A stretch of 64,000 bases of DNA from Podarcis muralis. Taxonomy: Eukaryota. A program made the translations under genes and the position numbers. This document shows, one piece after another, positions 38,653-48,772 of the stretch (position 1 is its first letter; each line of letters begins with the position of its first letter). The notes beneath the pieces were generated by a model that was given only the letters and a program-made list of their open reading frames with translations, made no database searches and was not told where the DNA came from. The stretch lies in NCBI RefSeq assembly GCF_964188315.1, contig NC_135671.1:1116001-1180000 (forward strand). Reading direction: 5' to 3'.

Positions 38653-38872
38653 CCCTATTCATACACAAACACACCCTTAAGACAGGATTTGCAAGCAAAA
38701 GGACCATGGGAAGGCTTTCCCCATTCGCCTCTCTTCCTGCAGAGGAATATTTGAGGTCACTGGGAGAGTCAAAATAGCTTCAGGATTGCTCTCCCGTGGT
38801 ATTTCAGACACATGGTTCATATATTTAGATATGTATGCCTTTATGAATATTTATTCTGTATTTGAGACCTTA

Positions 38873-39592
38873 AGTCATTTTGGACTCACAGCTGTCCATG
38901 GAGGCGCAGGTTAACTCTGTGTCCAGGGCAGCTGTCTACCAGCTCCACCTGGTACGCAGGCTGAGACCCTACCTGCCCGCGGACTGTCTCGCCAGAGTGG
39001 TGCATGCTCTAGTTATCTCACGCTTGGACTACTGCAACGCGCTCTACGTGGGGCTACCTTTGAAGGTGACCCGGAAACTGCAATTAATCCAGAACGCGGC
39101 AGCTAAACTGGTGACTGGGAGTGGCCGCCGGGACCACATAACACTGGTCCTGAGAGATCTGCATTGGCTCCCAGCACGTTTCCGAGCACAATTCAAAGTG
39201 TTGGTGCTGACCTTGAAAGCCCTAAACGGCCTCGGTCCTGTATACCTGAAGGAGCGTCTCCACCCCCATCGTTCTGCCCAGACACTGAGGTCCAGCTCCG
39301 AGGGCCTTCTGGCGGTTCCCTCATTGCGAGAAGTGAGGCTACAGGGAACCAGACAGAGGACCTTCTCGGTAGTGGCGCCCGCCCTGTGGAACGCCCTCCC
39401 ACCAGTTGTCAAAGAGATAAATAATTACCTGACATTCAGAAGACATCTTAAGGCAGCCCTGTTCAGGGAAGTTTTAAATATGTAACACTGTACTGTTTTT
39501 AACACTGATTGGGAGCCGCCCAGAGTGGCTGGGGAAACTCAGCCAGATGGGCGGGGTATAAATAATAAATTATTATTATTATTATTATTAAC
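38873..39592 (+). mobile_element. LINE-2 3' fragment (young; 201-aa open frame)
   Basis: ORF 38880-39485 is the L2 ORF2 C-terminus; (TTA)n tail at about 39570-39590; highly similar to 34035-34765. Confidence 0.9.
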
Positions 39593-39693
39593 ATTCTTAT
39601 AACACCCCAGAAAAAAAGGTGCTTGAATGCGCTTTGCTCAGAAGAGCTACCTTGGATCTCTTCAAGCTCCTCAGAGGCCAGAGGCTTGTTGAG

Positions 39694-39946
39694 GCTGCTC
39701 AGCTGAGATGCAGAGAGGCTTCTGCACCTCAGCTGAGCAGCTTAATGGTGTGGGGACTTGCTCAGCTGAGGCACAGCTTTCCCGTGTGTTGGCTGTTAGC
39801 CAGGAGGCTGAAGAGCCTCAGCAAAGCCTGGCTGCACCGCCTGCTCACGAGGAGACCTTTTCCAGAACCCGTGGAGGATGTCCCTTCAGGTTCTGCGGAG
39901 GGTCTTCTTGTGAGATGGAGGTGCAAGCAGGGCTTTTGCTGAGGCT
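39694..39946. repeat. Two adjacent inverted repeats (hairpins)
   Basis: 39694-39741: 21-bp stem with 1 mismatch and 6-nt loop; 39814-39946: about 60-bp imperfect stem. Confidence 0.85.
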
Positions 39947-40205
39947 GGTCAAGTCTCTCCCCACACCTCCAGGGCCCACCTGAGAAGTGCCAGGATGCCA
40001 TTGTGGTGCATTCTGGATGGAAGAAGCCAGGCTAAACCATAGGTTACATGAGCCCTAGCAGGCCTCTTGCTTTTCCTTTCCATCTCCATCACCCGCCCCC
40101 TAAGAAACTGGCTTCTTTCAGTCATGCTAAAGAACTTTAAAAATGGCCCTTCTGTTGAATGATGGATTGCCCCATGTAGGGCATTCAGACTGCGCAATGT
40201 TTGCT

Positions 40206-40331
40206 CCTTATTTGGGTTATCTGTCTTTTGCTCCAACCCTTGTAATGTTCAAGTGCTCCCAACACATGCATAGTTTTTGTGCTATGTAACTGCGCCGACA
40301 TTCTGCAAGTCATGGCTGCAGCTATTTTTAG
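40206..40331 (+). promoter_or_regulatory. Candidate muscle cis-regulatory module (CArG + MEF2)
   Basis: Perfect CArG CCTTATTTGG (40206-40215) and perfect MEF2 CTATTTTTAG (40322-40331), about 1 kb upstream of the FBXO40 ATG exon; E-box CAGCTG at 40516-40521. Confidence 0.5.
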
Positions 40332-40692
40332 AGATTATGTGCATCCAAAATACTCCCAAGAATCAGAGCAACAGAAGTCGGGCTGTGACAGACAAACCGA
40401 CGAATGCTTTTGCTGTTGTACACCGGGAAGGCTGTTGCTCCAGATTTGCACTAAAAGTTCTGCAGAAGGAAGATCTTGCCTCCTGAACAATAGCTGTACA
40501 ATGCTGAAGAACTGTCAGCTGAGATCAACTCAGTGGTACATCTTTTCCATCACTGTAGTTTACAAGTAACAGATGCTAGCAGAGAGGGTGCGAGAAAGCT
40601 CAGCATGGACAATGGAATATCGAGCAATTTTCTTCACACTTGTTACTTTCTGGGTTGTTGATGACCAGTGGCACTGAAGTAATGGTGCATAT

Positions 40693-40920
40693 TGTTATAA
40701 GAAAAATTCCTATAACTCCCTTAGGGGGTATCTAGAGCCCGTAAAGAGTCCCTCAGGAGATCTCTATCAGTTGGAGAGAAAGCAGAGGCCAACCAGAGTA
40801 TATTGAAAGCAAAGCGGCTAGTAAGCCTGATCTTTATTAAAGGAAATAAACTGTTGCAACAGGGTCCCCACTCACCACACGCAGGAGGGAGGAGAACCCT
40901 GAACGATGGTGCGCAAGCCC
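40693..40920 (-). mobile_element. Partial LTR (R/U5) related to 30784-31511
   Basis: Reverse complement aligns with about 31290-31511 (ccctgttgcaacag...aataaagatcaggcttactag...ctctggttggcctctg...ataaca); truncated where an hAT MITE begins at about 40925. Confidence 0.8.
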
Positions 40921-41321
40921 CTAGTCAGTGATGGCCAAACTTGGCCCTCCAGCTGTTTTGGACTACAATTCCCATCATGCCTAACTACTGGTCCTGTTAG
41001 CTAGGGATGATGGGAGCTGTAGTAAAAAAAAAAACCCTTACATGCGATAAATGTCCTCCAGACCATTTGACAAAACGATACAGGAGAACAAGCAACCTGT
41101 GACAGTTTGGGTTGGTCATTTGCAGTTGTGTAATGAAATGGGCATCTGCATCTACAATGAATTACACTGGAGTGACGACATTTCCCCCAATGATGGGACA
41201 TGCCTACACCATATAGGTTCCGTATTCTGCTTTGGAATGGAATGGCTGAACTGCAAGGCTGTACAGTACTTAGATCACAACTATTTGATACTTTTGTGAA
41301 GCCTTTTCGTTTTTCTTGCAG

Positions 41322-41351
41322 GGATACCAAAGGCAGCCAACTGCAGCTATG
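41322..41351 (+). CDS. FBXO40: FBXO40 30-nt exon ending in the start codon (coding 41349-41351)
   Basis: ttttcttgcag|ggatacc...gcagctATG|gtaaga; phase 0 into the next exon. Confidence 0.8.
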
Positions 41352-44300
41352 GTAAGAGAAGAGATTGTTTTGTCGTGCAATGCATTCAACGAACTGGTCT
41401 CTCTACTTCAATTCCATCCTTACAGCACACCATTAATTGTTCTAGGCCAAGGGTGCTAACGTTTTGGGGTTTTTTGCCCAAGAGACACATTCCTCCATGG
41501 TTCCTGTAGTCCATTTTTGGAAGAAGAAAAGGCTAAGAAGTGAACCCTACGCAAATCCAGAGTGGAGCACCTAAGACAGTTGGGTGGTGTCTTGTATGCC
41601 GCCTTCCAGCAAACCCGTCAGCCAAGCTGGTGCCAAATGTATTACTTGCTGATGTGGTTTGGAAGCTGGTCTTGTTGTCAGGGTAGCCCAGGACCTCCAT
41701 CCACACTGCCCAAGCTTGCACCCCAGAGAGGTCGCTCCGCTGCTCCTGACGCAGTAGAAACAACACAGGAGGCAGCAATTATAGGTTACTGGTCTCTTCA
41801 ACCACAGCAGGCACTGCGATTCTATTTTAGTTTTAACTATTTGTTTTTTTATGTGAACCTCCCTGAGATCTTTTGATGAAGGGTGGTATATAAATCTTAA
41901 TAATAATACAGTCGTACCTTGGTTTTTGAACAGCTGAGTTCTCAATGTTTTGGCTGCCGAATGCCGCAAACTCGGAAGTGAGTGTTCCAGTTTGCGAATG
42001 TTCTTTGGGACCTGACCATCCGACGCGGCTTCTGCAGCTTCCGATTGGCTGCCGAAGCTTCCTGCAGCCAATCAGAAGCCACGCCTTGGTTTTCGAACCT
42101 TTTTGGAAGTTGAGCAGACTTCTGGAACAGATTCCGTTCGAGAACCAAGGTACGACCGTAATAATAAATGCAGAGCTCTTTAAGCCACAAACATGGACCA
42201 TGTTCCAGCTTTCGTCAATGCTTTGGTGAGCTTCTTCTTCATCATCTTCTTCTTTTTAAAGCTTTAATATATTAGGACTGGGACGCGGGTGGCGCTGTGG
42301 GTTAAAGCCTCAGCGCCTAGGACTTGCCGATCAAAAGGTCGGTGGTTCGAATCCCCGCGGTGGGGTGCGCTCCCGTTGCTCGGTCCCAGTGCCTGCCAAC
42401 CTAGCAGTTCGAAAGCACTCCCGGGTGCAAGTAGATAAATAGGGACCGCTCCGGCGGGAAAGTAAACGGCGTTCCGTGTGCTGCGCTGGCTCGCCAGATG
42501 CAGCTTTGTCACGCTGGCCTCGTGACCCGGAAGTGTCTCCAGACAGCGCTGGCCCCCGGCCTCTTAAGTGAGATGGGCGCACAACCCTAGAGTCTGTCAA
42601 GACTGGCCCGTACAGTCAGGGGTACCTTTACCTTTACCTATATTAGGACTAGGTTGCCTAAAGGTAAAGGTAAAGGGACCCCTGACTGGTCCAGTCGTGG
42701 CCGACTGGGGTTGCAGTGCTCATCTCGCTTTATTGGCCGAGGGAGCCGGCGTACAGCTTCCGGGTCATGTGGCCAGCAGGACTAAGCCGCTTCTGATGAA
42801 CCAGAGCAGCGCACGGAAACACCGTTTACCTTCCCATCGGAGTGGTACCTATTTATCTACTTGCACATGACGTGCTTTCGAACTGCTAGGTTGGCAGGAG
42901 CAGGGACTGAGCAACAGGAGCTCACCCCATAGCGGGGATTTGAATTGCCGACCTTCTGATCGGCAAGTCCTAGGCTCTGTGGTTTAACCCACAGCGCCAC
43001 CCGCACCCCTTGGTGAGCTACTTCTCTTTCTCTTCTCTTTCTGTCTCCTCTTGTGTCCATAGGGCAGGAAGCACCGAGCTTCCTCTGGACTCCACAAGCA
43101 CTGTGAGAAGTGTTTCAACCGGCACTGCCAGGCTCCAGTCGAGCCCACAGTCTCTTGCGTGGTGATCAGCTGCCGGTCTCACTGCGGCGCTGCTTTCCAT
43201 ATGTGTAAAGAGGACGAGCACCAACTCCTGTGTCCGCTAGAGCAAGTCTCGTGCCTCAACTCTGTTTATGGCTGCCCTTTCACCATGGCCCGTTTCAAAG
43301 TGGCCAAACACCTCAGAGTCTGCCCCGCCAGTATCGTCTCCTGTTCGATGGATTGGAATCGTTGGCCAAACGTGGATTCTGAGACCGTTCTGCACCAGAA
43401 CATTATGAAAGAGGAGCCCGGCGAAGCTTGCTTAGATGCGGCCCTCGCCTTGAGAGATCAGAAAGCTCTTTTTAAGACACTCAGAATGGCTGAGTTTTTC
43501 CCAGAATGCACGGAGGCCTGTCCCATAGATGAAGAAGGAACGGATGGTGCTGAGTCCTACCTAGGAGAAGGAGCTGGTCGGTCTGAAGCAACTATGGCTG
43601 AAGCAGCTGGGCTTAGCCAGGAAGAGCGTGAGAACCTTGCAAAGGACAAAGAAGGGGTCGATTTAGTCGGTTACAAAACCTGGGAAAACATATTCAGTAA
43701 AGAATTCAAAGCGTGCACAGTAACAGGCCAACTGGCCGAAAACAAGGAAAGTGGAAGGGAGAGTAGGACTCTGAAAACAGGACCAACGTCTAGTGGCAAT
43801 GAGAAAGGAAAGCCGCAAGAAGAAGGTGGCAGTGTGGGAGACAGTGGGAAAAACCAAGCCCCTCCTGAAGTGAATTTAGCAGCTGAAAAGACAGGTTTGG
43901 CTCCTTGGCAAGATGGCGTTTTGGAGAGGTTAAAAAAAGAGGTTCCTATAGGGGATTATAATATGTATCTGGTGCACCATGGAAGGATGCTAATTCATTT
44001 TGGTCAGATGGCTGCTTGCACTCCCAGAGAGAAAGACTTTGTATATGGAAACCTGGAGGTTCAGGAAGTGAAGACTGTAACCACCTTCAGAGTGCCAGTC
44101 AGTTATTGTGGCAAAAGAGCTCGCCTTGGGGACGTCGTGGCGCACAGGAAGCCAACTAAGAGCGTATCTGTGGATACTTCAGAGTTAGGAGTAAGCCTGG
44201 AGGCTCTTCCTAAATCCGATGCAATCAAAACTACACTGCTGTGTGCCTTGGAGAAGGAACTGAAAGGGCACGAGATCTCTGAATCAAAGAGCATCGATGC

Positions 44301-47300
44301 TCTCTTCATAGATTTTGGGACGCAAACGTACAACTTTGGTACGGAGCCTTTCGCTTCCACGGCCGTTCTAGCAGACACACTAGATGCCGAAGACCCGCCG
44401 AGTCTCCACATGCAGCTCAGAAGCGAGAGCGTAACCCAAAGGCACAACAAAAGCAACTCTGCTTTCACGTTCTCCTGCAGCCACGTTTTCAGGAGAGACG
44501 AGTTTCCTTCGCATTTCAAGAACGTTCACGCCGACATCCAGTCCTGCTTGAATGGGTGGTTCCAGCGCCGTTGCCCACTCGCCTACCTGGGCTGCACTTT
44601 TGTTCAATATCCCTGGCGCCCGGCCGGGCAAAGCTCAAGGGTCATCTACAGCCAGCGCCTCAAGACATTTGCCCTTAAGCCAGAGGTTGACCCCGTGCTC
44701 TCGGAAGCAAAGAAATTTAACTTGAGCAGAAATCGCAGGGGGAAAGAGATGGATGTTCTGAGCAGCCTTCCCCTGGAGATCCTGAAGTACATCGCTGAGT
44801 TTCTGGATAGCTACAGCTTGTCTCAGTTGGCTCAGGTGTCGGTGCAGATGAGGGACATCTGTGCTACTCTGCTGCAGGAGAGAGGAATGGTCCTTCTGTC
44901 GTGGGAAAAGAAGAGATATTCTCACGGGGGCACTTCTTGGAGAGTCCGCAAAAAGGCAAGTGATGGGGGCATTTGGGAGGGGATGGTGGCATCATCCAAA
45001 CATTTACATAGGTCTCTGGATTTGGGGTTGTGGGCATCACGGGTTTCTACCACTATAAAAAACATTTTAGCAATTTTTAGTTAGGCTTTGTTTACACTGG
45101 CTAAAGCACTGCCACAAGCAAGGGTTGCAAGATATCAGGGTCTGCCCTGATGTTTTAAAGTTTTTGTTTTTTAAAAAAAATATTTATTAAAGTTTTTAAG
45201 GTATAACAAAAAAAAAAAAATGAAAAATAAAAAGAAACATACAAAATAAAAACAGGTAAAAACACATTAATTTTCATAACATATATTCCTTACGCTTATT
45301 TCCCCAGACCTCCTCATACCTCCCTTTTTTGTATTCCAGTTCAGTTTGTTAGTTCAGCAAATCCTTACCATTAAACTTTTACCCATTTGTAAACCTTTTT
45401 TTTTTCATATCTCTTAAAGCATTACAGCTGGAAACCACTTATTTTCTATCCAACATCCTTCTAACATTCATTAATTTTACAATATTTCTGTATATAGTCT
45501 TTAAATTTCTTCCAATCTTCTTTCACCAGATGTTTTAAAGTTTTAACCTTCACAGAATCACAGAATTGTAGGGACCACAAAGGTCATCTGGTCCAACCCC
45601 CTGCCCAACGTGGGGCTCAAACCCAAGATTCTGAGATTAAGAGTTAGCTTAATATTGGAATGTTCCCTGAAGATGGAAAGCAAGCATGTTCTTAGTTCTC
45701 CAAGAAAACTAAGCCTTGATTCGAAGTAGGAGTCTGCCAAGCACATTGTTCCAGCACTGCAGTGGAAATAGTATGGTCTAACAGAACCTCTGATTTCTGT
45801 CGCTTCTGACTCTCTCTTCCCTTCCCACACACAGACAGCAGGGAGAATTGTACCCTTAATCAAAGTGGGATGATAAATACAGTATGAGTTTAATCAAACT
45901 GGGATGTTAAATACAGTATGAGTTTGAGTTTTAAATGAAGGTGTCAATTTAACAGGGACTCCGCAAACTATATCTAGGCCTATAGCTACATCCATACCTA
46001 TATCCAATAGATATAGGCCTATACAGGTACCTCAGGTTACAGACGCTTCAGGTTACAGACACTTCAGGTTACAGACTCCGCTAACCCAGAAATAGTACCT
46101 CGGGTTAAGAACTTTGCTTCAGGATGAGAACAGAAATCGCGTGGCGGCGGCAGGAGGCCCCATTAGCTAAAGTGGTACCTCAGGTTAAGAACAGTTTCAG
46201 GTTAAGAACGGACCTCCAGAACGAATTAAGTTCTTAACCCGAGGTACCACTGTATTGATATCCAAAGGTAAGTGAAAAAGACCAGTTGCTAATAGGTTAG
46301 GTAGTTAATAAATTAAATAGACCAAATAATTTATTCTACATAAATTGAATAAATTGTTAATGCACATTCATTCCTAAAGGATAATACTCCATGCCGAAAG
46401 TTTGAAAATGTTTGTTAGGATCCATATCTTAACAAGGAGAATTCAATTAATTTTCCCTCCTCCTCTCCCCTTTGACTGCATTAGATAGATATTTCTAGCA
46501 AAGTGCTTGGGGGACAAAAGGGACTGGAGAGAAGAGGGGGGGCACACAGGTCTAACAAGCCAGACCCACAGGATCTTGGGGACCCCTGTGCCCTTGACTC
46601 AGCTGCTAAAAGCTGCCAGGTGCACATGGAGTACAGACTGCTAGGCCATGGACAGCACTTTTGCTGCCTGTTTGCCATTTCTGCCACACTGCCTTGCTTC
46701 ACCCCTTCTCTCTTTCCAGGCCAAGTGGAAGAGATGGAGCAGAGCAGCAGTTTTAAACAGGAGTGCCTGTTCGTTTTAAACAGGGGGGCAGCAAGGAGGA
46801 AGAGGTGGCAGCAGGAACAGGGCGGAAGGGTTGGAACATCCCAGTGGTGCACTTGTGGGCAGGTGGTGGCAGTGAGTGAGTGGGCAAGTGGTGGGCTGGC
46901 TGGTCCAGAGGTCTGGAGTTCTACCAGTAGGTTCAATGATGGGCTACAAGCCTGAAACATTTGGGCAAAATCTGGATGCCCTCGTATGCATGCACCTAGC
47001 TTCTTGGAATGGGAAGAGTTGTTTGCAAGATCTTGCACAATTGCAAGACTGGTTTTTCAATGCCTAAATTCCTTGTTTATGCCTCTTGATAGATCTGGAA
47101 ATTTAGCAGCCTGTTCTCCACAGTGAATAGCTGGCAATTCAGTGACATCCCTTCGATGGCTGCACACTTAAAGACCTGTCCTTTTTATGAGGTGGAGAGC
47201 AAGGAGGACCCGGTTTTGCTGCCTAGACTGTTTTCACCTGAAGAACAGAAGCAAGACACTTTGGTCTCCACAGTCAAACACAGCCTAAAGAAACTTCAGA

Positions 47301-47314
47301 GAAGACCGAATTGA
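41349..47314 (+). CDS. FBXO40: F-box only protein 40 (TRAF-type zinc finger + F-box), 3 coding exons, 705 aa
   Basis: Join 41349-41351 (ATG), 43063-44955 and 47093-47314 = 2118 nt. MGRKHRASSGLHKHCEKCFNRHC...CGAAFHMCKEDEHQLLCPLEQVSCLNSVYGCP; F-box LSSLPLEILKYIAEFLD; last exon IWKFSSLFSTVNSWQFSDIPSMAAHLKTCPF matches FBXO40 as recalled. Confidence 0.95.
41909..42158. mobile_element. Tigger/mariner-type MITE
   Basis: TIRs cagtcgtaccttggtt / aaccaaggtacgaccg; TA TSD; inserted in a (TAA)n tail. Confidence 0.88.
42280..42638 (+). mobile_element. Sauria-type SINE (second subfamily)
   Basis: Full length; 12-bp TSD tatattaggact at 42268-42279 and 42639-42650. Confidence 0.92.
42661..43009 (-). mobile_element. 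Sauria-type SINE
   Basis: Tail aaggtaaaggtaaagggacccc and head ...cacagcgccacccgcacccc; tail-to-tail with 42280-42638. Confidence 0.9.
43063..44955 (+). CDS. FBXO40: FBXO40 large exon (631 codons)
   Basis: Long polypyrimidine tract + atag acceptor; open frame; ends AAG|gcaagt (GC donor). Confidence 0.94.
45165..45530 (-). mobile_element. L1/Tx1 LINE 3' end
   Basis: Minus strand VKEDWKKFKDYIQKYCK followed by an A/T-rich 3' UTR and tail. Confidence 0.7.
45556..45645 (-). mobile_element. tRNA-headed SINE with CR1-type 3' end (partial)
   Basis: Reverse complement of the same family (cacagaattgtagggaccac...tgagattaagag). Confidence 0.65.
45857..45924. repeat. 34-bp tandem duplication
   Basis: taatcaaa(g/c)tgggatg(a/t)taaatacagtatgagtt x2. 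Confidence 0.9.
46024..46252. mobile_element. Tigger/mariner-type MITE
   Basis: cag(tg)gtacctc(a/g)ggtt termini, internal caggttacagac repeats, TA TSD. Confidence 0.85.
47093..47314 (+). CDS. FBXO40: FBXO40 last coding exon
   Basis: gatag|IWKFSSLFSTVNSWQF...LQRRPN-TGA. Confidence 0.92.
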   Translation: MWKFSSLFSTVNSWQFSDIPSMAAHLKTCPFYEVESKEDPVLLPRLFSPEEQKQDTLVSTVKHSLKKLQRRPN

Positions 47315-48363
47315 TTTTGAGAGAGAGATTCTTTTGGATCTGGAAGAACTGTATCAGAACTTTAGCTGTTCTCTCTGAAATGGATTTCATATTCTTTATT
47401 AGTATGTCAACCGGGGGAATAAACTTAGCTGTATGCTTTCAGGATAGAATGAAACAGAGGGTGCAATCCAGAATCTTTCAAATAAATGGGAACTTTACTC
47501 CTGACTTCAACAGAGTGGTGATTTTTAAAAGAACTCAAGATATTTTCATTTCAACCAGCTTTTTATTCATTGTTGTGTCTTGCTGAAATCTTACTGCTTG
47601 TTTTAAAGGGTAGAAGGTGGATTTTAACCTAATGGTTTTGAATGCTCCCTTACAAGGGCAAATGCCTTGAAAGATGTCTTAAAAATGTTTTAATGAATTA
47701 ATGAAAAATAGAATTGCACCCAAAGTCTTAAGGACTGTGACCAGCAGCATGAAGAACAGTGATGAATAATATCTATACATATCTGTTTCACTGCCTCCCC
47801 TGCCTTTCAAGGTGGCGTGAAGGAAGAAAAGTCCTGCTATCCTTTGGTTCAAAACGTATTGGGAATGGAACCTTGAATTAAAAACGAAGAGTAAGTAAAA
47901 TGAAAAGTTTATTTAAAGTTTTCACGTTGTCATTTCTTCAGTCACATTTATGGGTTCTGTTCCCTTACAAAGTTTAGAATCTGAAAAGATTTTTGGCAGG
48001 AGCCCTCAAAATCTGTGTTCAAATTAGTCCCTTAAAGGTTCACCACAGCAGGGTACATAAGGAATGGTCAGAGCAAGAGCAGCATGGAAGAGACCGGCAG
48101 TGGGGAAGGAAAGTGGGTTGCCTATGATTGTACAGAAGACCAGGTGAACAGCTGCAGCTACAGCTAAGCAACCTGATTTTCTTCTTCCTGGTCCTAGGCA
48201 ACATGGGAGGTGCCACCTTAGTACCAGAGGTGTGGCAGGTGGCATTTAGGCAACCGCTGAGCTCAGCACAGCCTGGGAATGGAGATGCATCCTTAAAAAG
48301 GAAACCAGTCCTTCACCTTCAGGGACACGACATTCAGACCTAGCAATTCTGAGTCAAACAAGT

Positions 48364-48772
48364 GTTGTTGTCGTTTAGTGGTGTCCGACACTTCGTGACC
48401 CCCTGGACCAGAGCACGCCAGGCACTCCTGTCTTCCACTGCCTCCCGCAGTTGGGTCAAACTCATGCTGGTCTCTTCGAGAACACTGTCCCACCATCTCG
48501 TCCTCTGTCGTCCCCTTCTCCTTGTGCCCTCCATCTTTCCCAGCATCAGGGTCTTTTCCAGGCAGTCTTCTTCTCACATGAGGTGGCCAAAGTCTTGGAG
48601 CCTCAGCTTCAGGATCTGTCCTTCCAGTGAGCCCTCAGGGCTGATTTCCTTCAGAATGGAGAGGTTTGATCTTCTTGCAGTCCATGGGACTCTCAAGAGT
48701 CTCCTCCAGCACCAGAATTCAAAAGCATCCATTCTTCGGCGATCAGCCTTCTTTATGGTCCAGCTCTTTATG
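48364..48772 (-). mobile_element. 5'-truncated Bov-B (RTE) LINE
   Basis: Same family as 32139-32451, encodes MDAFEFWCWRRLLRVPWTARRSN; 11-bp TSD gtcaaacaagt at 48353-48363 and 48773-48783. Confidence 0.9.

Noticed and set aside
38880-39485. 201-aa ORF as a host gene
   Set aside because: It is the C-terminal part of L2 ORF2 in a 5'-truncated copy with a (TTA)n tail.
44103-44925. Minus-strand ORFs of 83-138 aa
   Set aside because: Antisense shadows of the FBXO40 large exon.
44956-45084. C-terminal 42 aa of the 641-aa ORF (ASDGGIWEG...AIFS)
   Set aside because: Intron read-through past the GC donor; the homologous C-terminus is in exon 47093-47314.
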